DNA of 61,386 bases, filler included, from Rhabdomonas costata (GCA_019059605.1; 21 parts of 21 records of this genome joined end to end with filler, not necessarily neighbours in it), one strand, 5' to 3'. Numbered from the whole stretch's first letter, positions 1 to 11,950 are shown. The notes: generated by a model not told the origin, from the sequence alone. A program made the numbers and translations.

Positions 1-1372
1 GGGTTTTGGGAAATGGGTTGCAACGAACCGCTGGACGCTTCATATTTGCAACACAGGGGGGCGCATCTTCGCTCCGGGAGGGAAAGTAAAGAAAAAGGCA
101 CGAGCAGCACATATGCTCCAGGAGATGGGCCAGGCCCTGCCGGTCTCGAGGGTCTTTCTCAGAGCCCGAGCCCACAGCCATCGCTGCGCCGGCAGTCTCC
201 GCCGTGGGGTCGCTGCACAGAAACACTGTCAGCCCATTGGAAAGCACGTGAAGGCGGTACACCCGACCCGTGGAATCACCCATTGGAACATTGCTTCGTG
301 GAACGGGCTCATGGGAAGTGGGTACCAGTAGCCCCGGCAGACCGGCCAGGGCCACGCCCCATTCGTGAGTGCCCAAGGCAAGCAACGTGGCCGCCAGGGC
401 GAGCCCCACCACAAGCAAACCAACGCCAACCGCAAGAAACCGCGCAGATGGGCTGGAGCTGAGGGGGGCAGACAGCTCCGCTACCACGGCTCCTGTGCAA
501 AGAATGGGAATGGGACAGAACGGGCCTAGCGGCACTTAACCCGGCAAGTAAGGTCCCGAGAAAGCACGAAAAAAAAAATACAAATTCTGAACCAAGAAAA
601 CCAAACATCATTCAGGAATGCAGCGGTAAAAGAGGGACTGCGGAGTCCCAAAAGAGCACTATGTACAAAAGTATGAGCCAAGAAAGCAAAGAACGTTGGA
701 GCTGAAAAAATGAATTGGGCAAAAGCCGAACAAAATTGCGTTGCAGCACCGTCTGAGAACGTCGTGTTCGCAGAGGCGTTCATCCCCTTCGCTTTGATCA
801 GCACTTCAAGCTGCACGCAGACCGAAGGTCGCAGGCTATTTTCGGTTTCCATTTTGTGGAAAAAGACCTTCGGTTTACCAAAGGAGAGTGGTTGTGAGGA
901 GCCAGCCCAATTCCCAAAGGTCAGCTGTCGGAACCACCTCTCATTAGCGCAGGGTCGAACTGCACTCCACAGAACCACTGTTAGCGGTTACCCATGTCCC
1001 ACGCCCCACTTCCCTATCGGCGCACAGTCCCACTTTCATTCTCGTGTTTTGTGGTGCACCACACTCTGCTTTCCAACACTACACCACACTACTATATGAC
1101 TGAAGCCTCCTGACCTGCAATCGCCGCCAGACAACGCGTCCACATGAATAATATTGGTCGCAGCTGCCATCTAACCCCAAGTGACAACCTTTTCAGTTTC
1201 AACTATGCTCCAACTGTGTGGAGCTGGCCAGGTCGGGGGTGGGTTTGAATTTGGGTTTCTTTCAAGGCAAAAGGGGTCCATTTTCAATCTGAAGGCATGT
1301 GCCGCAAAGAGTCAAAAAAACGCTATAATTGATCGGATGACTCAGCTCCGGAGAGCTTGGGCTTCGGGATAC

Positions 1373-1848
1373 CAAGAGCCTGGCAGAGTTTGAACTGCCC
1401 CACAAAAGCCCGCTTCTGCGCCTCAACCGTGCACTTCGGGGAGAGCTCGGTGTAGTCTAAGCCAATTTCACCGATAGCCACAACGCAGCCGCAGCCGAGG
1501 TGAGGTTCCGCAGCAGCCACCAGCCGTTCCACACAGACGCCCGGTTCACCTGCATAAACGGAGGCAGCGCAAAAAAAAACTTGAAAGTTGAAACTTGATT
1601 GAACCCGGGTATGTTAGGAGTCCGCAAAAAACACACGCTCACAGACAGCTCGGTTTGCTTTTCGCTGTGTAAGCTTGGGATCAGGGTGGTGACGAAGTTC
1701 AATCTCCAGGGTTGACAACTCAAGGTAAGGGCCTTCAAGTTCAATTCAAACCAGAATGACCAGGGACGACAGCAGGGCAATACGGAGAGCGACGAGGAGC
1801 ACACAGAAAAGAATTATACCTCTTTTCGGTTTTGCGCAGCTACCGCAA

Positions 1849-1884
<36 letters not shown>

Positions 1885-2290
1885 CTTCAGAGAACGATTC
1901 ACCTCTTTCTTTCCAAAGGTGGGCAAGAGCTGGATGCAGCCCAACCGTGGTTTTCAACGCTGTCTGATAAGAAGGAGTGCGGCTCAAGGCGAGCGTTTGT
2001 TCGAGGGTTGGCAGATCACTCGCAAGACTCACAATTCGAGCAATACCCACTTGCTTCAACCGGGCCCACATGAGCTCAAAATCATCCGGCCGGATCCGAC
2101 TCAGAGACTCTGTGGAAGGAATCAAGGACTGAGGAGGTTCGATGGGCTGTGACTGCCGGCTGGCCTTGGAAGACTTCCCCTGTGGTTTGGGAGGGGCACG
2201 CCTCAGTCCCCGAAAGGTAGGGTCCATCAAATTTGCAGCGATGTCGATCAGAGGAATAGGTCCTGAGCGACCGGCAGCCTGCATATTCAT
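1373..2290 (-). CDS. TatD-family DNase, first two exons (2290-1903, 1549-1373); later exons not resolved
   Basis: Motifs LIDIAANLMD, TTVGLHP, VVAIGEIGLDY, AQKRAF..QF; a GT-AG intron joins the exons in frame (KER-G-EPG). Confidence 0.9.
1855..1884. repeat. (AC)n microsatellite in the TatD intron; similar tracts at about 4842-4860 and 48550-48566
   Basis: Visible dinucleotide run. Confidence 0.9.
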
Positions 2291-2405
2291 CCTAGCTGAA
2301 GCAGAAAAGCACTGCAGAGTAAACATTGAAACCAAACAGCTTGGCAACCTGGCAACGTCAAATACACCCTCAGCTTATGCGCAGCAACGACAACAGAATA
2401 CCTCC

Positions 2406-2599
2406 TTCCTGAAGTGTGTGATTGTTTTCGAGTTTCCACACACGCGAGCGCGCGCAAAGAGAAGAAAACCAAAAGGGAACTTCTTCAGCGAAACAAACCT
2501 GCACATGACACCAGTGAAGAGCGTCAGGCACAGTCGGTTTCTGTCCCCGGTACACACACAAGAACTGTACAAAATACGGTCACCCCTTTCCCCCGTCCG
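2406..2599 (+). repeat. Dispersed SL-like-headed repeat, copy A
   Basis: TTCCTGAAGTGTGTGATTGTTTTCGAGTTTCCACACACGCGAGCGCGCG...CAGCGAAACAAACC...TTTCTGTCCCCGGT, shared with copies at 9485-9689, 56832-56922, 54701-54750 and 42761-42857. Confidence 0.9.
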
Positions 2600-2838
2600 A
2601 CCTCCTCACTGAAACCTACTCGTCGGTCGCGGCCGTAGCGTTCGTTCCGCCACGGACTGGCAGACTGTGGAGGGTCAGCACCGTGGAGCTGAATCAACGC
2701 CTGGTCGCTGGCTCCGCGATCCTGGGCGGTTGAACCGCTGGTTGGTTGGGGACTCCACATCCTGGGGCGCCTCCCCCATCCTTGCGCAGTAATGCTCCTT
2801 GAAGGCGGTGGATCTTCTTTCGCCACATCCCACAACAC

Positions 2839-2938
2839 NNNNNNNNNNNNNNNNNNNNNNNNNNNNNNNNNNNNNNNNNNNNTTAATTAATTAANNNNNN
2901 NNNNNNNNNNNNNNNNNNNNNNNNNNNNNNNNNNNNNN
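2839..2938. other. Artificial contig linker (N44-TTAATTAATTAA-N44), first of 20. Others start at 5769, 8699, 11627, 14558, 17488, 20416, 23346, 26275, 29203, 32130, 35058, 37985, 40911, 43838, 46763, 49689, 52614, 55539, 58462
   Basis: Identical 100-nt spacer with stops in all six frames, recurring about every 2.93 kb. Confidence 0.99.
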
Positions 2939-3394
2939 GGGTGGGTGGTGGGTGCGTGCGTGGGTGCGTGCGCAGCGGCTCAGGCAGCAGCTCAAAAAAA
3001 AACGACCACCTGCGGTACCTTCCACTATGGTAATGCTCTTGTGGTTTTTGAGAGCCTCGATGTCCGTCCTTGTTAATCTTCAGGACTCGGCGATTTCTGG
3101 GCTTTCTGCAATTCCTGTAGTGCCCTCTGGGCTCGCATGGTTATGCTTATGCAATCGCTTCATCGTTTACCGCCTGTTGTGATGGGTGTCTTGCTGACCT
3201 CACCGATCCAGCTGTTCCTGTAAATGGACTGTTCCCAGTTAAGTATCTGTAATCCCGGTAGGGTGAGGTGGTCTTCTCAGTGAGGTTGGTGTGGCTGCTG
3301 GGCTTATCTTGGGTATCCACGCATGGTCGGCCTCGGCCCCGGGCATGCCAGCTGTCTGCAGCATTAGGGAAAGGCCAATGTTGAAATCACAGAC

Positions 3395-4991
3395 CGGTAT
3401 GGGAACTCTCTCAGGAAAAAGTCGTCCATCATTGCGATCTCTGGGGTGGTGACGACCACGTCGTATCCCAGGAAGGGGGCCGGTAGCCCTGCCCGAAGGC
3501 ACCTCAGAGCCTCAGGCACAGCGGCATCTCTGGGCAAAAAGGGCACAAGCAAGCGGGACAAACCGTTGCGGTCACCCCGGGCCAGGTGGCGGCATGAGTG
3601 GTGGGGGCAATGGCAATGAACGTGTATGCCAATTGTCCTTTGCCACCCTTTTCACACCACTCTGTGATTTGCGTTCCACGACACGCCTCTCTCCTCTTCC
3701 CCCCCCCCCCAACTCTAGAAAATTACGGTTGACGAGTACGCCCGGGGCAACATCAAATAAACCATCGCACACATTTACATGCGGGCGCACCGATCTACCT
3801 CAGTGTGGCCCGAGCCTCCGCCCCTCCGGTGTAGGCCAGGCACCTCAGCTGTGGGGCCACCCTGGCCAGCTCGTCCACCCAGCCCTGCACCACGCTCAAC
3901 GGGCATACCACTAGGGCCGTGGGTGGCGAGGGCTCGCCCCCTGACCTACTGGCCTGTCCCTGGCCCCGGCGATCGTGATGATGGAGATAGGCCTGCGGAA
4001 CACGAAGGAAAGTAAGAGAAATAGATGGAATGAAGGAAGGAGGTTCGGGTTGAGTTAGGTTCACAATGAGTATCGGAAACTTCTTTTGAGCAGTCTCCTT
4101 GCGAACTGGCGTTGGATCCAATTATGAATCGATGGCAAGCCGTCAAGACTGCACGAGAGCAACAAAGGCAGAGGGATCGAGAAATAGGTGGTGAGGACTT
4201 CAGAACATCCCTTGGCGGCACGTGCTGAAAACGGCATGACACCCGAGCGCAGTTATTACTTATTGGCAAGGCATCACGCGCAGAGTCATCTCACTCATCA
4301 TGATAAGGGAAGGAGTGGGGGACGGGAAGGATCTCCACCAAGAAAGCGATCGCCTGCAGAGTCTTTCCAAGACCCATCTCATCGCCGAGGATGGGGTTCA
4401 GGTTCCTATGATGCATTTGGATAAGCCAGTTGACACCTTGGAGCTGGTAGGGCTTGAGGGCGACACCTAAGCATAAAAAAACGGTTGGGAAGGCATCTCC
4501 ACACCTTTTTAGGGGCTGCAGGAGCTCCGGTTTCTCGCCCAAGCCAGTGGCAGCCTTACTCCATTGCAGAACTTTTGTGCAACTAACACACACACTCACA
4601 TTAACTGCAGCATTCAGAGGGGCACCGCCTTTCCAGTCGGCTACTGTTTTTTCTCTGTGCTCATTGCTCCACAGCAGGCAAGCCCACCACAAGAGCAATC
4701 CAATAGGAACGTGAGATACACCACCCCTCTTCTTTCGACAAAGAGAAAAAGAAACAAAAAAATCCCACAACAGTCGAACAGCAAAATTAATGACCAGTAG
4801 AACATGTGAGCTCGAAACGAGCGGTTCCACTCGCTCTCTCAACACACACACACACACACAACCAGTGATGTACGAGGGCTGGGTTGACAGGACTGGGGTG
4901 GAAGGAGCCCGCCCCGCTGCTGCTCGAGCCTCGACTTCTCCCAGAAAGTCAGTCACCGAGAGATGGGCTTGGGAGCCATCCGCGGACCCCT
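3395..4991 (-). CDS. SNF2-family chromatin remodeller, CHD1L/ALC1-like, partial; exons ~4991-4863, 4466-4339, 3992-3799, 3529-3395
   Basis: [39 protein letters not shown] (motif I), [12 protein letters not shown] (motif Ia), [10 protein letters not shown]; all introns GT-AG and phase-consistent. Confidence 0.92.
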
Positions 4992-6189
4992 CTGGAGAGT
5001 CACGGGGGCAATGCAATGACACAAACGTACAGTCATCGGATATGCACAGTGAGCTCGGTGTGAAGGGTATACACTCGTAAGGATACTGTCAGGCAACGAA
5101 ATCGGCTCGAATCCATATCACGGTCTAACACGCTGGCCTCGATTAGGCGTTAGGCTTAAGGCAAACTCTGGCCAGGAGGTGGGTGCCTGGTTGGGGTTGC
5201 CTGAGTTTCAAGCAGTCGCGAGACTTAAGATGATGACTGAGAAAGAAATATCTGTGTGGGTGCTGTCGTAAACTCTCCGCTGCGTGGGGCAAGAAGCGGC
5301 GCAAAAGGGTTACGAAAGAGCCGCCAAGGGGCACCACCACCGGCCGAGTGTGAAAGGTCGGGACTCTCCTGACCCCAAGGACCGGCCACACAGCGTTTTG
5401 GGAACCTGCTGTATATACAAAAGACCTCAGGCCTGCTTCGGCTTTTTGTTTTTTGAACTGAGATCTATCTCTCATAGATTATACACACAGACACACGCAG
5501 TTTTCTCACGCAGGGGTATCTACATTTGAAACACAATATTCCGGGTGACACCACCATTGCTTGAATGGTGTGCATACGTGTCTCCTCACCCGAGGTGATG
5601 TCCCTTTTCACTTTGCACCCCTCTCCTACAAAACTATCCACATTGGAAAGACTGGATAGGTTTCCCTTGGGTCCATTAGATTCGTTCCGATGGCACGTGT
5701 CATCTCAATATAAGAAACATTGGTTCTTGTCACGATACTGCCCCCCCCCCTGAGGAGGAGTCACGATANNNNNNNNNNNNNNNNNNNNNNNNNNNNNNNN
5801 NNNNNNNNNNNNTTAATTAATTAANNNNNNNNNNNNNNNNNNNNNNNNNNNNNNNNNNNNNNNNNNNNTGTGGTGGGTGTGGTTGGTTGTTTGTTTTTTC
5901 CTGTGACTCTGACATGAGTGTTGCCTGGCACTTTTGAATGGGTGATTTGTTTGGGTTGGTGGACCTGGAACACCATTTGACATGTTTTCTGTCTCAGGAC
6001 AGCTGTTTCTAGAGCACTTCTGCGGTGTTTGTTTTACGTCGTTTTCTCCTTTCCTTTATTGTGAAGTGCTGTAGGTTTGGAACATTGCTGCATGGTCTTC
6101 TGTCTTGTGTCATACTCCCCCACCTCCTTTCAGTGGCACATGGAACCGCGTGCGCGATCTTTTGTATTGCTTCTGCTGCTTTTGTCCAG

Positions 6190-6794
6190 GGCCGGCCGAG
6201 AGATGAGCCGCAGCGAGGCCACGCGGAGCTTCCAGAGCTCTGACGTGAGGAAGGATATGGCCGCCCGTGGGATTGTCGTGAAGGCGGGCAACAATGGCCT
6301 GTTATCTGAGGAGGCGAAGGGGGCGTACAAGAACGTCACACAAGTTTGCTCCGTTGTAGCTGTCTCGCTTTCGCGTATGATGGCTCTTCACGTTTTACCT
6401 CGCGGGCGCGCATCAGTGAGCTTGCGCATTATTTGTATCCTTCCACTGCAAGTGTGTGTTTTCTCAAATTGTGTGGGTGTCAGGTAGTTGGCCATATCCG
6501 CTGGCCGTGCCTCTGATGATCCGCCTGGCGTTGACATCTGAAATAGAGACCGACTGAACTCCGACCACCACGCATATGCGTTCTTCCTAGACATTTGCTG
6601 ATATCATGTCACTCCGTCACAACCGGTGGTTCACAACAAGCATCCACACAAGCAGGTTTTGGTGGAAGTGTTATGAGCACTTTGCTCACTTGTCGTTCAT
6701 CCGTCCGGCTGCTAAGGTTGTGGAGACATGTCACGAGGCTGGGATCTCGAAGCTCTGCTTCCGTCTGCGGCCATTGGTCGTGGTGAAGGGCTAG
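6190..6794 (+). CDS. RTCB: RtcB tRNA-splicing ligase, last two exons (6190-6343, 6717-6794)
   Basis: AGREMSR, LSEEAKGAYKNVTQ-VVETCHEAGISK...LRPLVVVKG-stop matches the RtcB C-terminus. Confidence 0.93.
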
Positions 6795-8045
6795 CGCTTA
6801 TTTGGGCTTGGACGGCGGTACCTGTAATTCGAGTGGGGCTTCTGGCGGAACTCCTTGCGGAACCCGAGAAGCTGTGCGTTGTGTTGTATCACTACCTCCG
6901 CGCACAGCCTTGCTGCTGCTTTCTTTCACCCGTTTTCACACGCGTGGACTTGCTCGCTTGGCTTGCCACTGATCATTGGTGCTTTCAGGGTGTGCCCCGC
7001 TGTACCAGTAGACCGGCACTGTTTCGGTGTGTAAAGTGTAGTATTTTGTATTTGCATTTTCAGGTGGTATGCAGCCACCAGCCGTCTGGCCAATTCAAGC
7101 TGATAGCGGCAAAGCCATTGTTCCGCGCTCTTTTGTGACCATTTTTGACTTAAAGTTTCCAGCGGTATTCCAGTACTCAAACCGCACAGTAGTCATCTTT
7201 GAGTTTTGTTGTTACCGTCAGTACAGTTTGTTTTTGGATTTGCGCTCCTAATTGCTGCTATCCCACACGAAATCCAAGCATTTAAACGAGAAATTGGCGG
7301 GCTCTGACTTTCTTTGTTGGGATAAGTTGTCTTGTCTGGTAGGCCTCAGGTGCGGCTGCACCGCTGGTAACAGATCCGCATTGGCTGCTGCTTCGAATGC
7401 ATATAAAAACGCACTCGTTGATATGTTTTCAAATCCGGTCAACCCATAGCACCCACTTAACACCCAGCGCCAACTCAAGCTTCACCAGCCTTTCGAGGCA
7501 CGCCGCCTTCGGCCGGTGAAGCACCACCGTTGCGATTCGGACAACGCCCTCCACGAACTTGCTGCTCCGGTTCATTTGCGCAACATTTTGTCTTTCAAGC
7601 GTTGTTTGAATTTGCGTCCCCGTTGCCCTCCTTTTGTGGTCATTGTTGTTTTTCCGCACCCTTGGCCTTGTGAAGTGTGAATTGCGCTACCCCGTTTTGG
7701 ACTGCCGATGCGCTCTTTCCCCGAAATTCTTTCAGAAGCACCTTGCTTCGACAAATAAGCGCTCAAAAAAACGCGGGTCATGGGAATGGTGGGGACATGG
7801 TGGAACACCCTTTCCTTTGGCCGCCGCAAGGCTCCGGGGTGCCCACCGCCTTACCGCGTTCCGTGCTCATCACGATTCACCCTCCCAATATAGACTAAAC
7901 TTAACCAATCAAACGCGGGACCCCGGAAGAGCCAAACAGTCCCAAACCAAAACCCTGGCAGCACATAAACCACAGCAGCGGGCCATTTTCCACAAACGCG
8001 GGCGCCATCTGCGCGCGGCACTTGGCAAGGCTGGAAAATGAGCGC

Positions 8046-8574
8046 TGTTACGGACCCCGCTCCGCACGGGAATCCGGGGGGGCTGCTGCGCACGGGCTTC
8101 ACACCGGCGGCGAACGGGAAGCAGGCTACTCGTCTTGGCGTGGCCGCCCCGGCCGGGTCCGGAAATCGTACCCGCGACCTTGCTGCCACAAGCCCCCTGA
8201 CCACTCAGACAAAAGACCGGCCATGGGGTTTGCCATACCCCCACGCTGCGCCCTAGGACGGGGGCGCCGCCCGCGGACACCGACAGAGGGACACAGGGCA
8301 CAGGACCCGAACCAGTCTTCTACCAGATGTTACGTGCCCCGCTCCACACGGGAATCCGCGGGGGCTGCTCCGCACGGCCCCCCGGCCCACTCCGCATGGG
8401 CTTCACACCGGCGGCGGACGGGAAGCAGGAGCCAAGACGGCTACTCATCTTGGCGTGGCCGCCCCGGGTCCGGGAATCGAACCCGGGACCTTGCTGCCAC
8501 GAGCCCGGCCCCCAGACCACTCAGACAAAAGACCGGCCATGTCTGATTCCTGGTTGCCTGCGGTGTCCGTGAAA
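8046..8574 (-). mobile_element. Non-autonomous miniature LTR retrotransposon (TRIM) with tRNA-like LTRs; LTRs 8328-8574 and 8046-8235
   Basis: Two related direct repeats ending GTAACA on the minus strand; PBS-like TGGTAGAAGACTGG 2 nt after the 5' LTR; G-rich tract before the 3' LTR; 5-bp duplication AGCGC at 8041-8045 and 8575-8579; A-box TGTCTGAGTGG and B-box GGTTCGATTCC inside the LTR. Confidence 0.82.
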
Positions 8575-8858
8575 AGCGCCAAGGCGCACCAAGTGGTACC
8601 ACGTTCTGGTCGTGGCCAACCAACCACCAGATGTTTCTCCCACCACCTCGTGGGCCGCACAATTTTGGCTGTTGAGGAGTTTTTTGTGGTTAAAAACCNN
8701 NNNNNNNNNNNNNNNNNNNNNNNNNNNNNNNNNNNNNNNNNNTTAATTAATTAANNNNNNNNNNNNNNNNNNNNNNNNNNNNNNNNNNNNNNNNNNNNGG
8801 TTTTTTTTTCTCTTGGATAATTTGATGGATTAGCAAACAAAAGAGCAAACCCGCGCTT

Positions 8859-9068
8859 TTGCTGGCGCTGCGCACCCTCCCCCTGCTGTATCTTTTCTCG
8901 CCCGGGATCCTCCTGATGTTCCTGAAGTCCTGGGAGGTCGAGATTGACCGCAGCCAGCTCGCCACGGTTACCGTGCATGGTAACTTGGCAAAGGTCTGCC
9001 ACGCGATGACCTTCTTCAAGCAGACCTGGTCGTACCTGGACCCCCTGCTGACCGCACTCAAGGAGCGG
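8859..9068 (+). CDS. Probable exon of an unknown protein (LRTLPLLYLFSPG...TWSYLDPLLTALKER)
   Basis: GC3-rich codon usage like the confirmed exons; ends at a GTTTGC donor; acceptor unclear. Confidence 0.5.
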
Positions 9069-9484
9069 GTTTGCGCGGGGTCCGCTCGCGCGTCGGGAAT
9101 GTAGTCAAAAAGGCACTACCAGTTCCAACACTTCTGCGTTCTGCAGTAATTGGCCTCTAGAAGCGAATCTTACTCCGCATTTTCATATGCGCAGCCGCGT
9201 CAGCCTCTGGTGTTTTCGAAGGTGAGTACGGGGGTGCTGGGATTTTTAAGGCGCTGACTGAGGCAATTCTGATACCAATGTCTGCTATTGTGGACTTCAT
9301 GCTCAAGCGGGAATACGTTAAGGCGAATGAGTGGTACGTCAAGATGGCTATCGGTATGCAGCGGCGACTCTGCATTTTACAGTTGCACGCACCCCTTTGT
9401 GCCTTTGTGAAGAATAAAATGGTATCACGGTGAGTGACTGGTAAAACTGTCAACTGTGCGCAAGATACCAAAAAAGTGAATTTT

Positions 9485-9689
9485 TGCTCCCGTCTTGAAG
9501 CGGTGACGTTGAGCGGACGGGAGGTTGGGTGGGTGACCACTTCTACAGTTCTTGTGTGGGGACCGGGGACAGAAACCTTCGCGCGCTTCTGTCGTGTAGG
9601 TTTGTTTCGCTGACGAAGTCCCCTTTGTTTTTTTGTCGTCGCGCGCTTGCGTGTGTAGAAACTCGAACGCCTTCACACACTTCAGAAAG
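9485..9689 (-). repeat. SL-like-headed repeat, copy B
   Basis: Reverse complement aligns with 2406-2599 over about 180 nt and adds a GTCACCGCTTCAAGACGGGAGCA tail. Confidence 0.9.
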
Positions 9690-11950
9690 AACGAACGGCA
9701 AACCAATGCAAACGATGAAGCGACGGGTTAAGTACAGTTCTAAACTGAAGAATGTATGTCGGAAAAACCGAACGACAACAAACCACAGGGAGGGAGGCTG
9801 GGACGGATGAAAGATATATTGAAGAGTATATTACGACCCATCGATCCCTCACTGCAGGCAAGAAATAACCCCTGGGAAAGGCTCGTGTCTGGTAGGTCCT
9901 CGGAGCAAAGCATCAAACGCTTGCCCTGTAGCAGGATTTTCGGAACTGGAGCACGTCTCACGGGGGCGGGATTACTGGAAGCCGCCCCAGGGTAAAGTTT
10001 CCACCAGTTCTCCACCTTTCCTTGTTTTGTTCATGTAAAAGGCAACGCGGCATGGCCTATGGGTGTCACTATGGTGGGCATTCACGAGCGCGCCGGACGT
10101 GAACGTGTCGAGTGCTCGAAAGTTGCTCGTATGCGCGCACGAGATTTCCGTCTTTTTCGGTTTGGTTTGGAGTTTTGGTGTCAGTATCATAATCATTTGT
10201 CTTTGCGTTTTTGCTCGCTTGCGCAGATATTCTGAATAACGAGACCCAGCGGAAGTACATTCAGGGGGTGAAGAGGTGTGCTCTTCTGCACTTTGTTTGC
10301 TGAATTGTAGGAGTGGTGGCAATGTAGCGAACGGTGTATGATTCTCATTTGGACAGTTTCTTCCACAATGGGTGCTTGCCATGGACTGTTTTCGTTTGTA
10401 TTCAGGTTGCTGACGCAAGCGCAGCGACTGTATCCCACTGACCCTTCCAAGTGCGTATGGATGTGAACACAAATGCTACTCTGCGCAATTTTACTGCGGT
10501 GCTGTAAATACACTGACAGTTTTGCCTGCCTTTGGCGGGATCTTGGTTGACTCCCCGCTGGTTTTGATCTTTGCGGAGTCTGCCGGAGTTTTGACGGTTC
10601 AGACTCGATGCCATGAGATCGAATGTATGCACCTGAGTTTATCTAAAAGTATCTAAAAACACTTTCCCTTTTCGGGTATGCCCCATATGCCCGTCAGGCG
10701 TTCATAAAATAAGCAAGCCGAAGGCGAAACCCTTACAAAAAGCACGAACGGCAGCGCACCCGCAGTCACACAGAAGGAAAAAGAGTGGGAGCCCTTCCGG
10801 GTCAAGGGATTGGGGCTGTGGGTGCCCGAAACGGTGTGCTTGTTGCGGGCCGCCGCACGGGGCCATGTGTGTCGGTACTGTTCCGTCCGCTCTGGTCATT
10901 CCACTTGCACCCCCCTGCCTTGGGCCAAGGTGCGCTAGTTGCGGGGAAGGGTGACGCCGTCGGCGCCACGCAGACCAACAACGAGGACCGGGAGCATTTC
11001 CCAATGATTTCCCCATTTCTGAAACCCGATCGACCGACGTTCTCTTTTTGAGCGCCGCGATTTGGTGCAAAGAAAATGGCGCTAGAAAAGAGGAGGCTTC
11101 CAATTCCCATCCTCCTCAATGGTCATGGGGATGCCCTCGTTTTTTTTTGGATTTGATATAAAAATAAGGATAGGAACGCAAGAGAGTTGGGGTTTTTGTC
11201 TTTCAAGGTCAAGGAAAAATCGCGGCTTCTATTTGCCCGCCAGCCTCTCCTTGAAGTTTTACTCCCTTAAATTCGGGTCTTTCCCCCTCCCCTTTGCATT
11301 TGACGCTTTTCGCCCATATAATGGGTTGGAACCTACCCTTTGGGCGCCAAAAAACGCGGAAATGGGGGAAAAAATGAAGAAGGGATGCTGCGAGTATCCC
11401 GGCCAAGCATCAATTGACGTAACACCCAGGACCGACATATTCACAATTTGCCCCCGTGCCACGTTCGACCAGGATACATTTATCTTTGCTGCCACTCAGA
11501 TCGTCTTTTGGACGTTTGGGAATCAGTGGTATTTTTCAGGTGCTCAGATTTTGGGTGCCGTGGTGAAGACGATCTCAGAAATCATTTGTGCCAATAAAGT
11601 TCCCGTCACACATGGGACCAAAAAACNNNNNNNNNNNNNNNNNNNNNNNNNNNNNNNNNNNNNNNNNNNNTTAATTAATTAANNNNNNNNNNNNNNNNNN
11701 NNNNNNNNNNNNNNNNNNNNNNNNNNGGTTGTTTTTGGGACGCCGCCCCAATGATGGGTACGCCATTTCAAAAGAAATAAGCTTTATGTTCTTCGTTCTC
11801 TCTCTCTGTGTGTGGCAGTTCTGTTTCGTTCGTGCAGTAATTACAGTGCTGACCCATGTTGCAGCAGAAGTGCCGTGGTCCTCCAACTTGAAAAATAATA
11901 AATAACAGATAAATTGCCCCAATAAAATTAATAAACAATAATGATGATAC

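Noticed and set aside
13..560. Possible non-LTR endonuclease relic (WNIASWNG, PQET)
   Set aside because: The motifs are short and in different frames; not enough support.
2839..2938. Regular TTAATTAATTAA as a CRISPR-like or biological repeat; ORFs ending in X...LIN
   Set aside because: Synthetic concatenation linker embedded in Ns.
2830..2954. Uniform ~2.83-kb pieces with G/T starts and A/C ends as telomere-capped nanochromosomes
   Set aside because: Polarity is opposite to telomeres (G-rich at the 5' end), there is no fixed unit, and genes are cut mid-way. It fits length-sorted contigs with G/T-degenerate amplification primers.
8462..8536. Functional tRNA gene on the minus strand
   Set aside because: A and B boxes are present, but the anticodon stem does not pair well and the sequence lies inside an LTR duplicated with decay.
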